Below, piece by piece: positions 59,482 through 64,000 of a stretch of 64,000 nt of DNA. The position numbers and the translations under genes are program-made. Every line of letters begins with the position of its first letter. The stretch's first letter is position 1. The stretch is from an uncultured Candidatus Saccharibacteria bacterium (GTDB lineage: Bacteria > Patescibacteriota > Saccharimonadia > Saccharimonadales > JAUPVS01): contig CAYWVZ010000005.1 in NCBI GenBank assembly GCA_964462215.1, forward strand, positions 2,592 to 66,591, read 5' to 3'. The notes beneath the pieces are model-generated. The model searched no databases, was not told the origin of the DNA, and worked only from the letters and a program-made list of their open reading frames with translations.

Positions 59482-60825
59482 ATGAGCGCTAACGACCAAA
59501 AAGTATCCATGGAAGATATTGTATCGCTGTGCAAACGCCGCGGGTTTGTATTTCAGGCCTCAGAGATTTACGGTGGTTTAGCTGGTTTTTGGGACTACGG
59601 CCCGTTAGGGGTGGAGCTAGCTACTAAAATAAAGGCTGAATGGTGGAAAGCTACGGTCACTGAAAATGATAATATCTTTGGCGTGGACGGAGCGATTATC
59701 CAGAACCCCAAGCTTTGGGAGGCCAGCGGCCACATTGCCGGCTTTACCGACCCGATGGTCGAAGACCCGGTAACACACAAGCGCTACCGTGCTGATCATA
59801 TGGCTGGTGTTGATTCGACCAATCTCGAGGAATTGTCCAAGCTATTGAAAGACAAAAAATCACCAGATGGTAATCCACTCAGCGAGCCGCGCTACTTTAA
59901 CATGATGCTTAAAACCTGGGTCGGGGCGGTAGAAGATGAATCATCGGTAGCTTACTTGCGGCCGGAGACCGCTGGCTCCATCTTTACTAATTATGAAAAT
60001 GTGCGTGAGACTATGCGCGCCAAAATACCATTTGGTATCGCCCAGATAGGTAAGGCCTTTCGTAACGAAATTAGTCCCCGTGATTTCATCTTCCGGGTTC
60101 GCGAATTGGAACAGATGGAGATGCAATATTTTATCAAGCCGGACACGCAAGCCGAGACATACGAGCAGTGGCGCCAGTTTGCGTGGAAGTTTTTAATCGA
60201 GAACCTCGGTGTGGCCGAGAAGAACCTGCAGTGGCATGAACACAACGAAGACGAACGGGCACATTATGCCGCCGCGGCGCACGATATCTACTTCAATTTC
60301 CCGCAAGGTTTTAAAGAATTGTGGGGCACGCATAACCGCACTGATTTCGACCTCAGCAACCATGCCCGCGTTAGCGGCAAAGACCTGTCATACTTTGATG
60401 AAACCACGCGCGAGCGTTTTACGCCCTATGTGATTGAATCATCAGTCGGTGTGGGCCGTATGTTCCTGGCTGTTTTGACCGACGCGTATCATGAAGAAGA
60501 GGTTAACGGCGAGAAGCGGGTGGTACTTAAACTCAAGCCGGAGCTGGCGCCGTACCGGTTTGCCGTCAGCCCATTGCTTAAAAATAAACCCGAACTGGTT
60601 GCAAAAGCCCGCGAAGTTTACCAGGTGCTTAAAGCCAAATACGGCAACGTCATGTGGGACGACAACGGCAACATCGGCAAACGCTACCGCCGCCAAGACG
60701 AGATCGGTACGCCGCAATGCGTGGTCATCGACTTCGATACGTTAGAGGACGGCACCGTCACCGTCCGCGACCGCGACACCACCAAACAAAAACGCGTCGA
60801 CATCACAAGCTTGTTTAGGGATTAA
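59482..60825 (+). CDS. glyQS: Glycyl-tRNA synthetase, homodimeric (alpha2) type
   Basis: The N-terminus reads CKRRGFVFQASEIYGGLAGFWDYGPLG, followed by a class II core and a C-terminal anticodon-binding domain. Confidence 0.95.
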   Translation: MSANDQKVSMEDIVSLCKRRGFVFQASEIYGGLAGFWDYGPLGVELATKIKAEWWKATVTENDNIFGVDGAIIQNPKLWEASGHIAGFTDPMVEDPVTHKRYRADHMAGVDSTNLEELSKLLKDKKSPDGNPLSEPRYFNMMLKTWVGAVEDESSVAYLRPETAGSIFTNYENVRETMRAKIPFGIAQIGKAFRNEISPRDFIFRVRELEQMEMQYFIKPDTQAETYEQWRQFAWKFLIENLGVAEKNLQWHEHNEDERAHYAAAAHDIYFNFPQGFKELWGTHNRTDFDLSNHARVSGKDLSYFDETTRERFTPYVIESSVGVGRMFLAVLTDAYHEEEVNGEKRVVLKLKPELAPYRFAVSPLLKNKPELVAKAREVYQVLKAKYGNVMWDDNGNIGKRYRRQDEIGTPQCVVIDFDTLEDGTVTVRDRDTTKQKRVDITSLFRD

Positions 60826-60880
60826 CCCCTCAGCCAGTATTTCTAAGTACTTTTTAATAAGTCGTTGCTAGGCTTGGTGT

Positions 60881-61258
60881 ATGCGGCGCACACGGAACGT
60901 TGTCTATTATACGAGCGCCAGGAGCGAAAAATACGCCTGGGAATTTGAACGTTTGCTTGAAACCGGGCTGTATGAGCTACGCATACGCAGCCGCAACGAA
61001 ACCCGGGTCTTCTTTACTGTCGAGGCACCTATTGCCAAAATGCGCCGGGCTTACCGCGCGCTAGATGAAGAATTTGCCATGATCGAGATGCTGCTTAAGG
61101 CTCGGTCAGAACGTCACATGACCCAAGCTGAACTAGCCCAAGCAGCGGGCATGAAACAAGAAGTCATTGCTCGGCTGGAAAGTGGTCGCGGCAACCCAAC
61201 CTATCATACGCTTAGCCGTATCGCCAAAGCCCTTAACAAAAAAGTTACGCTGGCGTAA
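60881..61258 (+). CDS. XRE-family HTH antitoxin-like protein (HigA-like) fused in frame to a remnant of a Gp49/HigB-like toxin
   Basis: The C-terminal 59 aa, from ATG 61079, read MIEMLLKARSERHMTQAELAQAAGMKQEVIARLESGRGNPTYHTLSRIAKAL (HTH_XRE). The N-terminal GLYELRIRSRNETRVFFTV resembles the core strand of Gp49-family toxins, but the flanking toxin sequence is missing. Confidence 0.5.
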   Translation: MRRTRNVVYYTSARSEKYAWEFERLLETGLYELRIRSRNETRVFFTVEAPIAKMRRAYRALDEEFAMIEMLLKARSERHMTQAELAQAAGMKQEVIARLESGRGNPTYHTLSRIAKALNKKVTLA

Positions 61259-61312
61259 CGTCCCGAAGGGCTTATGCTTGCGTTGCTACCTCTGTCGCAC
61301 TACACTGTAACC

Positions 61313-61855
61313 ATGCTTGAGATGCCACAATTAAAGAGTATGTATGAAAAGCTGCAGGTTTACGATGTTGACCAGCGGGGTTGGGCGCATGAGCATAACG
61401 GCGTCGGCTTCAACCTGAAGCACGTAGTACTGCATATAGTCGATGTCCTTGACCGTAAGGATTTTTCTGATTCCAAGGCTGTAGAAAGTAACATTGCCCC
61501 CGATTCGCTGCAATACGCCTTGCGTCTGGCCCGGTGGGGCGGGCTAGCGACGAGGATGATACCCGGCTCGGTATCCGAAGAAGAGGCCACCACAGGGCCC
61601 AATTATAAAGCCATGGAACCTGATTATGCGGCCCTACTTAAGGCTAATGGTGAGGTGGGCAGGCTTGCCCACGACTTCGACCATGCCGACAGGGAAGTAA
61701 AGCTGACGCCAGACGTAAGTGCCCGCTTTTACCGGCCGGCCGGCTTTTTAATCTATAGCGCCGAACACCAGGCCAACTCCTATGGATTCGACCTTGAGGC
61801 GGCCTTTGACGAGCGTCTTGCTAATCTGCGCGAACGCAAGCATCTGCTATTATAG
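61313..61855 (+). CDS. Hypothetical protein (180 aa)
   Basis: TACACT at 61301-61306 lies 6 nt upstream of ATG 61313; the ORF-track start is 61274. The protein is predicted helical and His/Asp/Glu-rich (HEHNG, LHIVDVLDR, HDFDHADRE). No confident family assignment. Confidence 0.45.
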   Translation: MLEMPQLKSMYEKLQVYDVDQRGWAHEHNGVGFNLKHVVLHIVDVLDRKDFSDSKAVESNIAPDSLQYALRLARWGGLATRMIPGSVSEEEATTGPNYKAMEPDYAALLKANGEVGRLAHDFDHADREVKLTPDVSARFYRPAGFLIYSAEHQANSYGFDLEAAFDERLANLRERKHLLL

Positions 61856-61862
61856 GGAGAGG

Positions 61863-62453
61863 ATGAGAAGATTCCGCAGTAAATCAAAACCGGACACCTA
61901 TGCCTTTATTGACAGCCAAAACCTTAATCTGGGCGTCCAAAAAGCCGGCTGGAAGCTCGACTGGAAGAAATTCCGGCAGTATTTGGCCGACGAATACAAT
62001 GTCACCCAGGCCTACCTGTTTATCGGCTACATTGCCGAAAACGAGGCGATGTATAACCAGCTGCACGAAGCCGGCTACCGGATCGTGCTAAAGCCGACAA
62101 TCGAAACCAGCATCGCCAAAAAGCCCGACGCTAAAAGCTCGGGCGGCCAAGACCAACCTGAGCATAAACCGGTTATCAAGGGTAACATCGACGCCGAGCT
62201 GGTGCTCTACGCCATGAAAGAGATGCCAAACTACCAAAAGGCGATTATCGTATCCGGTGATGGCGACTTTTATTGTCTGGCCGAATACCTGGCCGAAAAG
62301 AAGCGTCTGCTGCACCTGATGACGCCCAACTGGCAATATTCTTCGCTGCTTAAGCCCTACGAACCGTATATCGTGCGTATCGACACGTTGCGCCGCCAGC
62401 TTGAGCACAAAAGCTACCGCCGCAAACCCAAAACCGCCCGGCCAGCGGCCTAG
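61863..62453 (+). CDS. NYN-domain (LabA/DUF88-like) predicted ribonuclease
   Basis: Family motifs are YAFIDSQNL, KGNIDAELVLYAM and IIVSGDGDFYCL. A GGGAGAGG SD lies upstream of ATG 61863. Confidence 0.75.
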   Translation: MRRFRSKSKPDTYAFIDSQNLNLGVQKAGWKLDWKKFRQYLADEYNVTQAYLFIGYIAENEAMYNQLHEAGYRIVLKPTIETSIAKKPDAKSSGGQDQPEHKPVIKGNIDAELVLYAMKEMPNYQKAIIVSGDGDFYCLAEYLAEKKRLLHLMTPNWQYSSLLKPYEPYIVRIDTLRRQLEHKSYRRKPKTARPAA

Positions 62454-62518
62454 ACTTTTTACGCCGGCGGGCGCATACTACACCCTATACTATAAGCATT
62501 CTTACGGAGGGTAACGGT

Positions 62519-62959
62519 ATGCTAGCGTACGTAGAAGTCAATATCTGGGCGGTTTTACTGGCTACGGCCAGCAGTATGGTGCTGGGCGTTATCTGGTACG
62601 CCAAGGGCGTCTTTGGCGCCACATGGCAAAAACTTGTTAAACTTGACGATAAACAGATGAAAGAAGGCAGTGCCAAGGCCATTATTATTACCGTGGTCGC
62701 CAGTTTTATCACGGCCTATATTTTGGCGCATCTGGCGTTTATCGTACATATGTTCTTTGGCGACTCATTTTTCAAAGACTCGCTGCTGACGGCCTTTTGG
62801 CTGTGGTTCGGCCTGAGCGCCGCCCGCTTCATTGCGCACGACGCGTTTGAACGCCGCCCGCTGCAACTAACACTTATGAACATCTCCTATGAATTTGTAA
62901 CGTTGATGGTAATGGGCGCGATTATCGGTTGGCTACAACCGGCCGTCGGCGTGCTTTAA
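62519..62959 (+). CDS. DUF1761 family membrane protein
   Basis: The N-terminus VNIWAVLLATASSMVLGVIWYAKGVFGATWQKL is typical of DUF1761, and four TM helices are present. Confidence 0.65.
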   Translation: MLAYVEVNIWAVLLATASSMVLGVIWYAKGVFGATWQKLVKLDDKQMKEGSAKAIIITVVASFITAYILAHLAFIVHMFFGDSFFKDSLLTAFWLWFGLSAARFIAHDAFERRPLQLTLMNISYEFVTLMVMGAIIGWLQPAVGVL

Positions 62960-62987
62960 GCAGCGGAATCCGTAGTACAATACAGTG

Positions 62988-63716
62988 ATGGTAACGGCCG
63001 AACAACTGCAGACCGAGCTGGACAGCTTGGGCAACCCGACCGATGCGGAGTTCTTGCAGCGGTTTTTCAAGACTGGGCCGGGGCAGTATGGTGAGGGCGA
63101 TATCTTTTTGGGCGTGCGGGTGCCGGTGACGCGCAAAGTGGCTGCCCGCTACCGTGATATGCCGCTGGCTGGGATCGAAAAGCTGCTGGACAGCCCTATC
63201 CACGAACATCGCCTGGCGGCAGTCATTATTATGACGGAGCAAGCCAAACGCGCCGACCAGGCCGGCAAAAAGGCTCTGTTTGACCTGTATCTGCGCCGCA
63301 CCGACCGCGTTAACAACTGGGATATCGTCGACCTGAGTTGCCGCGAAATAGTCGGCGGCTACCTGATTGATAAGCCGCGCGACATCTTGTACACGCTGGC
63401 CCGGTCGCCGGATATCTGGGAGCGCCGGATTGCTATGGTCAGCACCTGGCAGTTCATCCGCGCCGCCCAGCTTAACGACACCTTCCAGATTGCCGAGTTA
63501 TTGCTGTCTGATACCCACGACCTGATCCACAAAGCCGTCGGCTGGATGCTGCGCGAGGCCGGCAAGAAGGATGAAGCTGCCCTTCGGCGGTTTTTGGACA
63601 AGTATGCCGCCGTTATGCCGCGCACCGCCCTGCGTTACGCCGTGGAACGGCTGCATACTACCGATAAGACCCACTACATGACCCGAAAAAACTCAACCCG
63701 AAAGGCGGCTGCCTGA
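62988..63716 (+). CDS. DNA alkylation repair protein (AlkD-like HEAT-repeat glycosylase family)
   Basis: Family motifs are FLQRFFKTGPGQYGEGDIFLGVRVP, NNWDIVD and WERRIAMVSTW. TACAAT at 62976-62981 lies 6 nt upstream of ATG 62988, and an alternative GTG start lies at 62985. Confidence 0.75.
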   Translation: MVTAEQLQTELDSLGNPTDAEFLQRFFKTGPGQYGEGDIFLGVRVPVTRKVAARYRDMPLAGIEKLLDSPIHEHRLAAVIIMTEQAKRADQAGKKALFDLYLRRTDRVNNWDIVDLSCREIVGGYLIDKPRDILYTLARSPDIWERRIAMVSTWQFIRAAQLNDTFQIAELLLSDTHDLIHKAVGWMLREAGKKDEAALRRFLDKYAAVMPRTALRYAVERLHTTDKTHYMTRKNSTRKAAA

Positions 63717-63717
63717 C

Positions 63718-64000
63718 ATGTCCAAAACTACACCTAAAACACCGTTTCCCGACGATTTTTTCTGGGGCGCCAGCACCGCCAGCCATCAGGTAGAGGGCGG
63801 TAATCACAACCAATGGTCGGTGTGGGAGCTAGGCCATGCCGCCGAGCTGGCCCGCAGCGCCCAGAGCCGGCTGGACTGGCTGCCGGTGTGGCCGGATATC
63901 GCCGCCCAAGCCCAGGATCCGCACAACTATGTGTCGGGCAAGGGCGTCGAACATTACACGCGCTTCCGCGAAGATTTCGACATCGTCAAACAGCTCAACC
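63718..64000 (+). CDS. Glycoside hydrolase family 1 (beta-glucosidase-like), 3'-truncated by the window end
   Basis: The N-terminal GH1 signature FPDDFFWGASTASHQVEGG is present. ATG 63718 lies 1 nt after the upstream stop. The frame stays open to base 64000. Confidence 0.75.
   Translation, partial: MSKTTPKTPFPDDFFWGASTASHQVEGGNHNQWSVWELGHAAELARSAQSRLDWLPVWPDIAAQAQDPHNYVSGKGVEHYTRFREDFDIVKQLN

Noticed and set aside
17649-61862. N-terminally extended ORF-track starts at 17649, 17890, 29712, 33924, 35132, 46117, 53811, 56495, 58289, 59124 and 61782.
   Set aside because: The extensions overlap the preceding or divergent gene, add non-homologous residues before the conserved N-terminus, and often lie upstream of the inferred -10 box. 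I preferred downstream starts that have an SD or leaderless-type spacing.

Overview
The window looks like a bacterial chromosome segment with a Gram-positive-type envelope and a reduced gene set. A Patescibacteria/CPR (Saccharibacteria-like) origin is my inference from gene content and is not proven. Bases 1-15.4 kb form an unusual locus: a giant (>3370 aa, 5'-truncated) tail-fibre-like repeat protein that carries an internal peptidase-S74-type auto-chaperone domain, then a small membrane protein, then a second 1433-aa fibre/beta-helix-like protein with an N-terminal membrane anchor. The two large proteins end in the same ~125-aa domain, and no other phage genes are present. The remaining 49 kb is densely packed housekeeping: parAB, lepB, an LCP ligase, rpmE-mazEF-prfA-prmC, rpsB-tsf-frr-uppS-rseP-CPBP-proS-greA, class I lysyl-tRNA synthetase, serS, hpf, secA, M16 peptidase, prfB, ftsEX plus a coiled-coil CHAP hydrolase plus ctpA, pyrG, rpmA, xseAB, recO and glyQS. 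Accessory genes are interspersed, including three toxin-antitoxin loci, Cas4-like and NYN nucleases, DUF427, HdeD, DUF1761, AlkD and a GH1 fragment. Notable observations: (1) many genes have a TATAAT-like box 6-10 nt before the start codon, suggesting leaderless mRNAs; (2) a divergent promoter pair is built on a perfect 19-bp inverted repeat; (3) a histidine-kinase-like/receiver-like pair has Glu at both phospho-sites; (4) TA modules sit at the head of housekeeping operons; (5) pyrH, cdsA and dxr are absent from the conserved rpsB cluster. I found no rRNA, tRNA, CRISPR array or transposase.
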